From assembly GCA_964016885.1 (NCBI GenBank), contig OZ024750.1, positions 34,410,001 through 34,474,000 of the forward strand: a stretch of 64,000 nt of DNA. Reading direction: 5' to 3'. The position numbers and the translations under genes are program-made. The stretch is from Eledone cirrhosa (lineage: Eukaryota). Below the pieces are notes generated by a model. It did not search any database and had not been told where the DNA came from. It was given only the letters and a program-made list of their open reading frames with translations. Positions 13,000 to 26,206 of the stretch are shown in pieces. How positions within the stretch are numbered: position 1 is the first letter of the stretch; each line of letters opens with the position of its first letter.

Positions 13000-13492
13000 T
13001 AATATGACTGTTTTAACATTTTTCTGAGAACATTTCAATCATTGGGGTGACAGCCATCCTTTAAAATATGTTGGAGTGTGTGTGTCTTGCTTATTATGTT
13101 AGACACTGAAAGTTCTGACCTCAAAATAGTATTATGTTCTTCAATATAGCAGAGTTACAAATAACTATGAAATTCCTCAGTAGATATGAGCCTAGAAAAT
13201 GATGGCGTAGCTGCAGTGGTGTTAAATCTAGGCTGTTATAATAGGTGCAGTTGTGTTAAATCTGGATTGTAAAAGGAGAAAGATTAATAACCACCCAAAA
13301 TAATAGGAAAGGAAAACTGGAAGAAGATGTAAAGCTCAACAAAAGGAATGAGAGGAAAGTAACTTGAAGACTAAGTTAAATGTAAAGAAATTTGGTGTAA
13401 AATATATTCAAAAAGACCTAGAAAACTGCAAAAGACTAACTATGAAAGATAAATGACCATGATCTAAGATATAAGGGAAAACTATCTTACAG

Positions 13493-13794
13493 GCAGCGAA
13501 CTGGCAGAGTTGTTAAGGCATCGGATAGAATGTTTATGGTATTTGTCCTACCTCATTGCCCGCTCTGAGTTCAAATCCTGCTAGGGTTAACTTTGCCTTT
13601 CATTTTTTTGAGATCAATAAAAAAAATACCAGTCCAGTCCAGTACTGGGTCAATTCTTCCTCTATAGAAAAAAATTGGCTGTGGTCAGACCTGGAGAGGG
13701 TTGGGCTCCATTAGGTTTAAAAGTGCCCTAGACATGCCGTATGACGGTGCCTCTACGACTCCACAAGGAGTTATGGGATCTTTATCCTTTATTA
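13493..13794 (+). mobile_element. tRNA-derived SINE, family B (A-like head and core, different tail)
   Basis: B box GAGTTCAAATCC, core TTTGCCTTTCAT, tail CAGACCTGGAGAGGG...AGGAGTTATGGGA. TSD TATCTTACAG at 13483-13492 and 13795-13804. Confidence 0.75.
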
Positions 13795-14022
13795 TATCTT
13801 ACAGATAAGCTGGAAATCTTGGAGCATTAGATGGAATATACATAAGAGTTTTATAAATATTGAGTGTTAAAAGTAACTAAACAATTCTGAATTGTTTTGG
13901 GTCCCTGCCCCCTTATCAATGAAGACAATTAGTGTTTAAGGAAAGAATTGTGTAGTGGGTAGGTAGATAGAGGTGAGTTATAGTTATATCCATAGGAGTT
14001 CACAGTAGTATTATATATTTAA

Positions 14023-14241
14023 CCCTTTAGCATTTAAACCAGCCGTATCCAGCCAGAATTCTCTCACCTCTTTTTGTTCAAACTGGCTGTAACTGGCCAC
14101 TCATACTGATGTTAGGGTATTGTTCTCAAAATAAATAACATCAAAATCTCATAGATTCGATATTATGTAAGAATTATATTAGATAAAGCCTTTACCATGA
14201 AAATATAATGGTATATCTAGAGTAATGTAAATACTAAAGGG
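14023..14241 (+). mobile_element. piggyBac-like MITE, family A
   Basis: TTAA|CCCTTTAGCATTTA...TAAATACTAAAGGG|TTAA; five copies in the window. Confidence 0.85.
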
Positions 14242-15539
14242 TTAAGTGTATCAGGTTTTATTCAAGTCCACTACAGCTCTTCTAGACATGTTGCTTGCAC
14301 TTCAACTGGCAGAATCAGGTAAGAACTCTGTGAGTCTGATAAGCGTGTCTTGATGCCAAGACTAAAATATGTTAGAAGTAGGACACATCAAGCAGTGATA
14401 TTTCAGGGAAATATATCTCACAGGAAGTTGTACAAAGCTGAGTTATCAACAATAAAAATATGAATTTATGATGTTCATTCCTTTCTCATTGAATACAAAC
14501 ATTTGAATAACAAAAGATAACTTGTGATTTTGTTGAATATTCTGTTGGGTTTGTTCAGTTGCTGTCACTATGGTTGAGAAGCCAGATCTAACCATGGTAT
14601 AAGGAGGGGGATTCTACAGTGAAAGTATATGGTGGATGATTGGGAAAGAGGTTGATTCCATAGTGTAAAGAGAGAGAGGGGGGGGGGGGGTTTAGTTACC
14701 AAAAGAACTTCCATTGATAGGGGCATTGTTTCCATTAGTCTATCTCTTTTCTGTACTATCAACATAGTTTCCAGCTTCTATATATAATTGCCCCAGAATT
14801 ATATGAATTAGCAAGAAGCCTCTATACAGTCATTCAATATTCTAGAAGTAGCAGCCAAATTTTACTCAAATATTACACTACTGTTTTAGAAAAGGAAGAC
14901 CACTTTTGGCAATATTGTCATAGATATAGATAAAGAAACTAGATTGGCATGGAAGGAAATCTTTTGATCCTAGGTTTGTTTAATCAGAGCTAATCAGGGC
15001 TATAGCAATCACATCAGTAATCATTGATCTTTAACAGTTCACAAGTATTAAAGATTATCTTATGATAATTAAAAATGTGATATTTCTCTTAGTATTTAAA
15101 GGGTTAACAGTCCTGACAAGAAGAATCAATAGAAAACAGTGTTTATATTAGAAGGCTACAATAATGAAAGTGGGACATTAATTGTTAAAATTATGATAAC
15201 AAAGATGTTGTTTAATGGTCCATAATATTTCAGGATAAAATCCCTTCATCAAAAGAAAAGTTGAAGACACTATTTCAGAGCAGGATATCTTGTGTTTTTC
15301 TTAAGTAGCAATTTTTAGATTTAAAATGTGGTTAATTTTTTTCCCAATTCTGGAAATGGTGAATGGATCACATTGTATGTGATCTAAGCTATGTTCTGAT
15401 CTAAACTATGGTTGTATCTAATTTTGAAATGTATTGATGTGGTAGTGTGTATTTCTATGTTAGCCACTGGATGTTGCGTTCTAGAGAGTTGATCATTTGG
15501 GGCTTGAGTTTGGTAATTAAAATTAATTACATGATTAGA

Positions 15540-15740
15540 CAACACTATCAAACCTAAATATGAGACAATATCAAACCTAAATATGAAACAATATCAAACC
15601 TAAATATATGACAATATTAAACCTAAATATGACATCAAACCTAAATATATGACAATATCAAATCTAAATATAAGACATCATCAAACCTAAATATGAGACA
15701 ATATTAAACCTAAATATGAGATAATATCAAACCTAAAAAT
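15540..15740. repeat. About 23-bp minisatellite (ACAATATCAAACCTAAATATGAG)
   Basis: About eight imperfect tandem units. Confidence 0.85.
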
Positions 15741-15899
15741 AATAAGCTGATGTTGGAACGCAACAAACTTTTTTACATAAAATTATGATGGAAGGTTTTA
15801 ATATACCACCGCCATCATCTCCACCACCATCTCCACCGCCATCATCACCATCATCATCGTCATGTCCACTTTTCCATGCTTGTAATGTATAAATAATTT

Positions 15900-16410
15900 A
15901 AAACAGTCTTGTACAAGATTAGGAGTGGTCTTTAGCTATATTGCTGTATCATAAATTTAGGAGTGGTTTTAAACCATAAGATTTGGAATGGTTTTAAGGC
16001 AGTTTTCTATCATAAATTTAGGGGTAGTTTTAAACAGTTTTTCATTATAAATTTAGGGGTGGTCTTAAACAGCTATGTATCATCAATTTAGGGGTAGTTT
16101 CAGGCAGTTTTCTATCATAAACTTAGGGGTAGTTTTAAACAGTTTTTCATAATAAATTTAGAGGTGGTCTTAAACAGCTATGTATCATCAATTTAGGGGT
16201 AGTTTCAGGCAGTTTTCTATCATAAACTTAGGGGTAGTTTTAAACAGTTTTTCATAATAAATTTAGAGGTGGTCTTAAACAGCTATGTATCATCAATTTA
16301 GAGGTAGTTTCAGGCAGTTTTCTATCATAAACTTAGGGGTAGTTTTAAACAGTTTTTCATTATAAATTTAGAGGTAATTTTGTGCCATTTAGGGGTAGTT
16401 TTAAACAATT
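15900..16410. repeat. 35-bp minisatellite with 105-bp higher-order period
   Basis: GGCAGTTTTCTATCATAAA at 15998, 16103, 16208 and 16313; three related monomers per period. Confidence 0.88.
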
Positions 16411-18401
16411 TTTGTACCCAAACTTTTAAACTAACCAATAGAAACAAAAACAATTAAATTTAGCTTTAATTCTAATAAAAAGAATAAACATACTTTCACA
16501 GTTTTGATAAATAAGATATTTTTTATTTGTTAATTGAATTTGAAATGAGAGCGAGAGAGAGAGAGTGACTGGAAACCTATAAAATTTGCTATTGATATAA
16601 AGAAAAAAAAAAGTTCATCAGATTCATTGTAAATAAAATTCAAAGAATTCCAAACATAACATTTGTTTTCAAACATGCTTTGATATAAATGGGACATTGA
16701 AAACGTTATAAATTATTGAGAGTTTTTGATAACTTGGAACAATTTATGGAGAATTGTTCTGTAACTGAGTTTTTTTTTTTCTTTTGGTTGAGTGCAAAAA
16801 AAAAATGTTTTTATTCATAAGTGGAACTCTGTTGCTTTATGATTTAAATGTAATATTAGTCAAAATTCCAGTTAGAATTTAGTCCTATTATTATATATAA
16901 CTATTCTGTCATAAAAAAAAAAAATTAATAATAATAATATGATTATTTGCTTGTTACTTATTCAGTTATGAAATGTCAGCTAACTTTGATGTTTATTACA
17001 ATAGTCTGTTTGAGTATACATATTTTTGAATGGCAGTAAATTCTTTTCATATTGTATGATGTAAGTAATGAAATATAAATGTTCTCATCATGATATCATA
17101 AATGTTACTTGGGAAAATGCTGAAAAGATAACTTGTCTGTTTAAATTAGTCTTCGTATTCTCATTCTTTACAATATATAACGTTGTTAATCTAAATTTTT
17201 CCTGGTTAATTTGCCAGTAAAATACTGTTATATATATATATATATATATATGCTAGCGTGGAAGATGGCCGTTAAACAATGATTATGATATATATTTATA
17301 TATATATATATATATATATACACACGTGTGTATATTTTTTATTTATCCTCTCTTGTTAACCAGCAGAATGGTTCAAGAATTTTATTGCTTTTGCTCTTTA
17401 GAAAACTATTACTAGGCAGAAAACTATTTCCAAACAGAATTGGTAAGAGAAAATAGGCCATCATTTCTGTAAAACAATTTATAATATAAAGTCGTAATTG
17501 CTAAGTTGAAAGAATTTATTATTGGTAAATATATTTTTTAAAGTCTCATTAATTAGATATTACATTTAATAATAGAAATATCCTTTACAATGAAACTACT
17601 ATATGTAAATATTTCTTTCTAATCATACAGAAATTTATATTTACATATTAATTTCTTTATTGATTCATAATCAAATTGGCTTTTGTATCAATATTCTAAT
17701 GTCAGAAATCTAAATAAGAATATTTATTTAAATGTTAGTTTCAGTGTTACAGTAAGGAGAGGACTGCCAATTCATTAAAGAAAGGGTAAAAAAGAAATCC
17801 TATCACCAGCTATATGATATAGCTTTATAAACATAGTTTCAATTCTGATTGAAGGAGTTCTAGGCATAGTATTGTAATATTTTATAAACTAGAATTTTTT
17901 TCCATACGTTGACATGTATGAGTATGTATGTTTGTGTGTATATGCACACATTTCTATGTATGAGTATATAAACACGCAAACACCAACTTACAGAAATACA
18001 CACTCACAGGCATACATTCACACACACAAACATGTACACAAACTCACACTCACATACATGTACATAAACACACAGCGTAGTTTTTTCACTGTACCCTTCC
18101 TTCCTTTTACACACACATACATTCACACAAGCAGCAGACGTAAAGAGAGAGTAGTAGTATGAGGTAGTCAAACTACTCCTCTCTCTTTATGTGTTGTAAC
18201 AGAATCATAGAAATTCATATATAGAAGAATGGTATACATTCTTAAGTGCTGGAATCACATATTTCATTACTTAAGGTTTAATTTAACATACACCCTGCCT
18301 CACATCCTAAGATTTGGTGGCAGAGAACTTGAAAACATATCTACATCTGTAGAAATTGGTTGGGTTCAGACCTGGAGTGAGACGAGCTCTGTCATGATTA
18401 A

Positions 18402-18611
18402 CTCTTTAGCATTTAAACCGGTCGTATCTGGCCACAATTCTCTCACCTCTTTCTGTTCAAACCGGCCATACATGTCCACTCATACTAATGTTAAGGTATT
18501 GTTCTCAAAATAAATATAAAAATCTCAGATTTGATATTATATGAGATAAAGCCTTCACTGTGAAAATGCAATAGTATATATATTATAGTAAATATAGAGT
18601 AATGTAAAGGA
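18402..18611 (+). mobile_element. piggyBac-like MITE, family A, inserted in a family B SINE tail (about 18345-18678)
   Basis: TTAA on both sides; the flanks rejoin to the SINE B tail sequence seen at 20070-20168. Confidence 0.8.
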
Positions 18612-19265
18612 TTAAAATGTTCAAGAAATGTTGAATATCACTACAGTAATCCAATGACTCCATCAGGAGTTAAGGGTTCATATATAGATATTAAATTCTA
18701 AATCCTCTTGGTTAATCTATATATTGTTTATTTGGAAAGGCAATCTCTGTAACAAACATTGATATTTTGGAGAAAAACCACTCAGTAACTAACACAAGCT
18801 ACCCCAAATAAATGAAAAGAAAGAAGCTGTTTCTGTCCTGTCTTAACATAGCACATACAACTAACAATGTAGAATCAATAGAATGTAGCCTTTGCAATAA
18901 CAGATACTATATGCCAACAGATATTTCAAACTCTCTTCAAAAGAAAGGAAGAAATTCTCTCATTACAAAAATAATTGGTGCTGCCAATCATCATTGCTTC
19001 AATTCCACTTGCCACTATTCATCTTATTGATTTTCATTCACAAAACAACTCCTGTTTCTAACATTGATACAACCAATATCAGTGATGGTTTTATTAGCCT
19101 CAATAGTGATTTGAAGGAAATTATTGATAAATATAACCATATAAGCTTTCATTTTAACATCATTACTGGAGATAATCAACATCTTACTAAGAAATTCAAC
19201 TTTCACTTTAATGATATAATACAATGTAATGATATAATACAATTTAACGATATAATGCACTTTAA

Positions 19266-19487
19266 CCCTTCATGACTAATGAAATACACTCTATTTTAAT
19301 TAATTAATGAAGAATTTTGAAGGATTTACTAAAATTATTATTTTATTATTAAGATAGTTACATAATGTAATATGTACACATATAAAAATTATGTTCAAAG
19401 ATTTCGATTTAAATGGGAAACCTTTAATATGGGTGGTTTTATTTCATAGAACCAGAATAGGTTTTGGCCGGGTTGGTAACTAAAGGG
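19266..19487 (+). mobile_element. piggyBac-like MITE, family B
   Basis: TTAA|CCCTT...AAAGGG|TCAA; homologous to 43369-43597, 46536-49948, 51903-52030 and 58686-59279. Confidence 0.7.
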
Positions 19488-19514
19488 TCAACAAAACCTA
19501 TATTATATATATAT

Positions 19515-19825
19515 ATCATCATTTTATGTCTGCTTTTCCTTGCATGCAAGGGTGGGTGGGGGGTGGGGGAGCTGATTCTGGCTTGATTTCTACAGCTGGA
19601 TGCCAACCTCATTTACAATAACACCAACCTCATTTACAGTGAGTGCTGGGTGCTTTTTTGCTGTGGCACCTCCACGTCCACTTTATAGTGGAATGATAGG
19701 GATCCCAGTCCCTATCATCTCATTTCTACAGCTGAGTAAACTGGAGCAATGTGAAATAAAGTGTCTTGCTCAAGGAAACAACACATCACCCGGTCTGAGA
19801 ATTGAACTCACAATCTTTCGATTGC
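19515..19825 (-). mobile_element. CORE-like SINE with RTE-type tail, 5'-truncated
   Basis: Reverse-complement match to 45676-46010. Confidence 0.85.
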
Positions 19826-19850
19826 ATATATATATATATATATATATATA

Positions 19851-20168
19851 GGTGAATTGGCAGAGTCATTAGAACGTTGTATAGAATGCTTTGTAGTATT
19901 CGTTCCGGCTCTCTAAGTTCAAATCCTATTGAGGTCAACTTTGCTTTTCATTCTTTCTAGGTTGATAAAAAGTACCAGTCTTGTGCTGGGGTCGATTCTT
20001 TTTCTATATATATTTCTCATTTCCGCTCTCTCACTTTGTATCTTTCACTGAAAGAAATCTGCTGTATTCAGGCCTGGAGAGGGATGGGCTCTGCTGGATT
20101 TAAAAAGCCCAAGAAATGCTGTATGTCAATACAGCACTCCTATGACGCTATCAGGAGTTATGGGACCA
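19851..20168 (+). mobile_element. tRNA-derived SINE, family B
   Basis: Homologous to 13493-13794, including the tail CAGGAGTTATGGGAC. Confidence 0.75.
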
Positions 20169-20254
20169 TACATACATACATATATACACACTTATTTATA
20201 CACTAATATATGTTAACATTTCATTTGAAAGGATAAACTCAGAACTGATATTGT

Positions 20255-20690
20255 TGGATTGGCAGTATCAGTAGAGGGTCGGACGCCATGCTTTCCAGCA
20301 TAGTTACGCCCCTTTACGATCTGAGTTCAAATCCCGCCGAGGTTGACTTTGCCTTTCATCCTTACGGGGTCGATAAAATAAAGTACCAGTAATGCACTGG
20401 GTAATTGCTGGCCTTGTGCCTAAAGTAGAAACAGTTATTATATATTAATATAGCTTTGCTTTTGATCTTTATTGGGTTGATAAAATAAAGTACCAGCAAT
20501 GCACTGGGGTCGATTTAATCGACTTTTCCCTTCCCTTTGAATTGCTAGGCTTGTGCCTAAAATAGAAACAATTATATATTAATATAGCTTTACCTTTCAT
20601 CCTTATGGGGTTTATAAAATAAAGTACCTGTAATGCACTGGGGCCGATTCCCCCCCCTCCCCAAATTAGCCTTGTGCCTAAATCAGAGTC
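20255..20690 (+). mobile_element. Family A SINE followed by two tandem 3'-half copies
   Basis: Full copy to about 20440, then two TTATATATTAATATAGCTTT-linked core plus tail repeats. Confidence 0.8.
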
Positions 20691-21677
20691 CATTAAATAT
20701 TAATACTTTATATTTTTAGTTTATTTATGACCCTTTTGAAAACTCTTAAAGGTTTAATTTCATTCTAAAAGTAAATTTGACAACAATTGTTGTTGACAGA
20801 AGCATTCCAAAGAAGATAATTTTTCTACCATTTTAAAAAAATAATTTTAATTCTATTTAAACATTTATTGAATAATAAAGGAGTTAAAGTATTTATATTT
20901 ATCTAAAACCTTCCATCATAGATTTACGTAAGAAACTTTAAGCTATATTCAAAACACTCTATAAATAAGGAGAAATGTTCAGGCCAAAGTTCAGTTGCAA
21001 TTACTGAATTTAATCTTCATCATATTAAAACTTGTGATAATTTATGGTGAAAAAATAAGATATATTCTTATTTGGAATATTAATATTCTAGATTACTGAG
21101 GGTGATAAGTTGGTGGAATTGGTAGACTATTGGCTAAAATGACACTGAAGTATTTGTTCTTGATCTTGACATTGTGAATTTAGCTCCTGCTGAGGTCAAC
21201 ATTTGCATTTTATCCTTTTGGGGGTCGATAAAATAAAGTACCAGTCAACTACTAGGGTTGATCCAATCAACGTTGCCCCCCCCCCCCCCCCCAGCCGCCC
21301 CAACATTTCCTGACCTTGATCATAAGTCTACTGGATTGAGGCTATCCTGGGGCTAAAAAACAAACTTACAAATGAAAAAACAATTATTTAAACAAAAGAA
21401 ATCTCCTCCTCTTCTTCTTCCCTGTCTTCTTCTCCTCTTCTTCCATGTCTTCTTCTTTCCTGTCTTCTTCTCAAGATAGTCATATAGGCAGAGTCCTAAG
21501 ACATACCTTCCAGATGGTCCTATTGAAAGAAACCTTCACCAAATCATTTGGCTGGAACTCTGAGTGGATTTATGGTCGTTTTTCTTGTACTATAAAACTA
21601 ATTCTCATAACTAAAACTGATGTAAAAACTTAATAAGATCAACAGATTCCAGTCCATAAAAAGTAAATAGAAAAGTA

Positions 21678-21826
21678 TATTTGGTATAAGATGTTAAGAT
21701 ATTTGGTACAAGATGTTAAGATATTTGGTACAAGATGTTAAGATATTTGGTATAAGATGTTAAGATATTTGGTACAAGATGTTAAGATATTTGGTACAAG
21801 ATGTTAAGATATTTGGTACAAGATGT
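21678..21826. repeat. 22-bp minisatellite (ATATTTGGTACAAGATGTTAAG)
   Basis: About seven tandem units. Confidence 0.92.
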
Positions 21827-21869
21827 ATTTTTTAATATATATATATATATATACAAGGAACATTAACAA

Positions 21870-23719
21870 TCTAACTAGAAGTTAATATTGAGCTGTAGTT
21901 ATTAACATATTTAGTACAGCTAACTAGAAGTTAATATTGAGCTGTAGTTATTAACATATTTAGTACAGCTAACTAGAAGTTAATATTGAGCTGTAGGTGT
22001 TGTTAACATATTTAGTACAACTAACTAGGAGTTAATATTGAGCTGTAGGTGTTGTTAACATATTTAGTACAGCTAAGTAGAAGTTAATATTGAGCTGTAG
22101 GTGTTGTTAACATATTTAGTACAACTAACTAGAAGTTAATATTGAGCTGTAGGTGTTGTTAACATATTTAGAACAGCTAACTAGAAGTTAATATTGAGCT
22201 GTAGGTGTTGTTAACATATTTAGTACAATAGAAGTTAATATTGAGCTGTAGGTGTTGTTAACATATTTAGTACAACTAACTAGAAGTTAATATTGAGCTG
22301 TAGGTGTTGTTAACATATTTAGTACAACTAACTAGAAGTTAATATTGAGCTGTAGGTGTTGTTAACATATTTAGTACAGCTAACTAGAAGTTAATATTGA
22401 GCTGTAGGTGTTGTTAACATATTTAGTACAACTAACTAGAAGTTAATATTGAGCTGTAGGTGTTGTTAACATATTTAGTACAGCTAACTAGAAGTTAATA
22501 TTGAGCTGTAGGTGTTGTTAACATATTTAGTACAACTAACTAGAAGTTAATATTGAGCTGTAGGTGTTGTTAACATATTTAGTACAACTAACTAGAAGTT
22601 AATATTGAGCTGTAGGTGTTGTTAACATATTTAGTACAGCTAACTAGAAGTTAATATTGAGCTGTAGGTGTTGTTAACATATTTAGTACAGCTAACTAGA
22701 AGTTAATATTGAGCTGTAGGTGTTGTTAACATATTTAGTACAACTAACTAGAAGTTAATATTGAGCTGTAGGTGTTGTTAACATATTTAGTACAGCTAAC
22801 TAGAAGTTAATATTGAGCTGTAGGTGTTGTTAACATATTTAGTACAGCTAACTAGAAGTTAATATTGAGCTGTAGGTGTTGTTAACATATTTAGTACAAC
22901 TAACTAGAAGTTAATATTGAGCTGTAGGTGTTGTTAACATATTTAGTACAACTAACTAGAAGTTAATATTGAGCTGTAGGTGTTGTTAACATATTTAGAA
23001 CAGCTAACTAGAAGTTAATATTGAGCTGTAGGTGTTGTTAACATATTTAGTACAACTAACTAGAAGTTAATATTGAGCTGTAGGTGTTGTTAACATATGT
23101 AGGTGTTGTTAACATATGTAGGTGTTGTTAACATATTTAGTACAACTAACTAGAAATTAATATTGAGCTGTAGGTGTTGTTAACATATTTAGTACAACTA
23201 ACTAGAAGTTAATATTGAGCTGTAGGTGTTGTTAACATATTTAGTACAACTAACTAGAAGTTAATATTGAGCTGTAGGTGTTGTTAACATATTTAGTACA
23301 ACTAACTAGAAATTAATATTGAGCTGTAGGTGTTGTTAACATATTTAGTACAACTAACTAGAAGTTAATATTGAGCTGTAGGTGTTGTTAACATATTTAG
23401 AACAGCTAACTAGAAGTTAATATTGAGCTGTAGGTGTTGTTAACATATGTAGGTGTTGTTAACATATTTAGTACAACTAACTAGAAGTTAATATTGAGCT
23501 GTAGGTGTTGTTAACATATTTAGTACAACTAACTAGAAGTTAATATTGAGCTGTAGGTGTTGTTAACATATTTAGAACAGCTAACTAGAAGTTAATATTG
23601 AGCTGTAGGTGTTGTTAACATATGTAGGTGTTGTTAACATATTTAGTACAACTAACTAGAAGTTAATATTGAGCTGTAGGTGTTGTTAACATATTTAGTA
23701 CAACTAACTAGAAGTTAAT
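21870..23719. repeat. 52-bp minisatellite (CTAACTAGAAGTTAATATTGAGCTGTAGGTGTTGTTAACATATTTAGTACAA), about 35 copies
   Basis: Period 52 (for example 22021 and 22073), with occasional 20-bp internal duplications. Confidence 0.97.
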
Positions 23720-24349
23720 GAACAATGCGGAAATGATATTAGTGACTAATACTATTTTCAAAAGTTCTGTTTGTACAGGAGAATCTTAGAGAAATTTAGG
23801 TTTATTCAAATCAGAAAAGCATGTCCTTTATTGCTACATTTCTGAAACTAATGAGGACTGAATCAGTAAGTAAATATTGATATTGGTGTATAGAATTGTT
23901 TAGAAAATAAATAATTTCAACATGCCATGTGCATGAAAAAGTCTGTTAGTGTTAATATATTTATAGAATGGACCAGTGTACCTGTTTTAATAAAATAGGC
24001 AGTGCCCCAGCATGGCCTCAGCCTGTCTTCTGGTACATGTAATAGATATAATGGTTTTAGATAATCGATAAGTTAAGACTAGGTTAAGCAACTGTTCATG
24101 TTGATGATGATGATCATCATCGTTTTAACATCTGCTTTCCCTGCTAGCAAGGGTTGGACAGGTCTACATAGAGCAAGTCACTACTGATGTGGTGCCACTG
24201 ATGTCTCAGACACCCCAGGGATCTTTGTTTTGCTTATGTGTGGTCTCCAAGTGCACAGGAGAGGTTGTCATGTCTTTGACACAATTTAGAGTCCTTGTAA
24301 CCCAGTTGTTGGGGACTGGAATCAATCACATTTGAATCTATTACCTAGC

Positions 24350-25502
24350 TTAATGGGTCCCAAATTGGTGTACCACGGCACTCTGGTGTACCACAAAATG
24401 TTACTAGGTGTGCCATGACACACTGGTGTGCCACAAGTTATTAGGTGTGCTATGACACTCTGGTGTGCCACAAGATGTTATTAGGTGTGCCATGACACAC
24501 TGCTGCATGACACACTGCTGTATCACCAGATGTTATTAGGTGTGCCATGGCACTCTGGTGTGCCACAAGATGTTATTAGGTGTGCCATGACACACTGGTG
24601 TGTCACAGGATGTTATTAGGTGTGCCATGACACACTGGTGTGTCACAGGATGTATTTAGGTGTGCCATGACACACTGGCGTGTCACAGGATGTTATTAGG
24701 TGTGCCATGACACACTGGCGTGTCACAAGATATAATTAGGTGTGCCTTGACACTGGTGTGTTACTGGAGTTTATTAGATGTGCCATGACACATTGGTGTG
24801 TCACATGATGTAATTAGATGTGCCATGACACACTGGTGTGTCACAGGATGTTATTAGTTGTGCCATGACACATTGGTGTGTCACATGAAATAATTAGATG
24901 TGCCAAGGCACATTGGTGAGTGACAAGATGTAATTAGTTGTGCCATGGAACACTGGTGTGTGATAAGATGTAATTAGTTGTGCCATGGCACACTGGTGTA
25001 TCACATGATGTAATTAGATGTGCCATGGCACACTGGTGTGTCACAAGATGTAATTAGTTGTGCCATGAAATCGAAAGATTCCATCTCAAAATGTGAAAAA
25101 CAAATTGAAATTTGTAATAAAGTTCATATATAAATGTCACGTGTAATTCACCCCTCCTCTTCCCCCTTCTCCTTTCATTATTTAATTTATTTTATTGCCA
25201 ACCTTATATAATTTAATTGTCAATGTAGAAGACAACCAATCTAAACTAAACATGAAAACATTGCCAAAAAACGCCACTAAACACATGTTCTGCATTAATA
25301 ACTTTGTTCTACATATTGACTAAAGAAACAAGTACAAATACTGTCTATATTTTTATTATTTGTTCTTTCTACTTTAAGCTAATCTACCATTTATAAATAC
25401 ATCGTTGGAATTTGGGTACACAAGGTACAAAAATAGTTTTACTTGTTCTAAAGTGCACCTTGAATTAAAAACAAAATGTTTTTAGTAGTTTTTGAGCCAC
25501 TG
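24350..25502. mobile_element. Probable degenerate hAT-type non-autonomous element
   Basis: Left end TAATGGGTCCCAAA resembles CAGTGGTTCCCAAA-type hAT termini; right end TTTTGAGCCACTG. The TSD is not clean. Confidence 0.45.
24370..25070. repeat. 40-bp minisatellite with internal hairpin TGACACA-CTGG-TGTGTCA
   Basis: Period 40 (for example 24541 and 24581), about 17 copies. Confidence 0.92.
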
Positions 25503-26010
25503 ATTAGTTAGTTTTTGATTCACTGGTGCCACTGGTTAGCTGATAGTTTTGAGCCACTGGTTAGCTGATAGTTTTGAGACACTGGATAGTTGATAGTTTT
25601 GAGCCACTGGTTAGTTGATAGTCTTTGAGCCACTGGTTAGTTGATAGCCTTTGAACCACTGGTTAGTTGATAGCCTTTAAGCCACTGGTTAGTTGATAGT
25701 CTTTGAGCCACTGGTTAGTTGATAGCCTTTGAGCCACTGGTTAGTTGATAGCCTTTGAGCCACTGGTTAGTTGATAGCCTTTGAGCCACAGATTAGCTGA
25801 TAGCCTTTGAGCCACTGGTTAGTTGATAGCCTTTGAGCCACAGATTAGCTGATAGCCTTTGAGCCACTGGTTAGTTGATAGCCTTTGAGCCACTGGTTAG
25901 TTGATAGCCTTTGAGCCACAGATTAGCTGATAGCCTTTGAGCCACTGGTTAGCTGATAGCCTTTGAGCTACAGGTTAGCTGATAGCCTTTGAGCCACTGA
26001 TTAGTTGATA
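25490..26010. repeat. 26-bp minisatellite (GAGCCACTGGTTAGTTGATAGCCTTT)
   Basis: About 19 tandem units. Confidence 0.92.
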
Positions 26011-26206
26011 ATTTTTCCTTGCCCATAGTGAAATTGTATCAACAAAGAGTGTAACATTTATGACTGACCTTCATCATCACCTTTACGACTGTCATCATCA
26101 TCACCACCTTTGTAACTGTCCATCATCATCACCTTTATGAACTGTCCAGCATACCTAATTAATTAGAATTTCTTTACATATGTAACAACAATTAAACTCT
26201 ATAGGT

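Noticed and set aside
14277-14318. Possible 42-bp exon (AG|...LLDMLLALQLAES...|GTAAG)
   Set aside because: Good donor but weak polypyrimidine tract, and no partner exons are recognisable. It would need RNA-seq.
15990-16400. TTAGGG-containing units as interstitial telomere (also in the 51-bp array)
   Set aside because: Single TTAGGG occurrences within longer units, never tandem hexamers.
23779-23865. AG...GTAAGT-bounded candidate exon
   Set aside because: Stops in all three frames.
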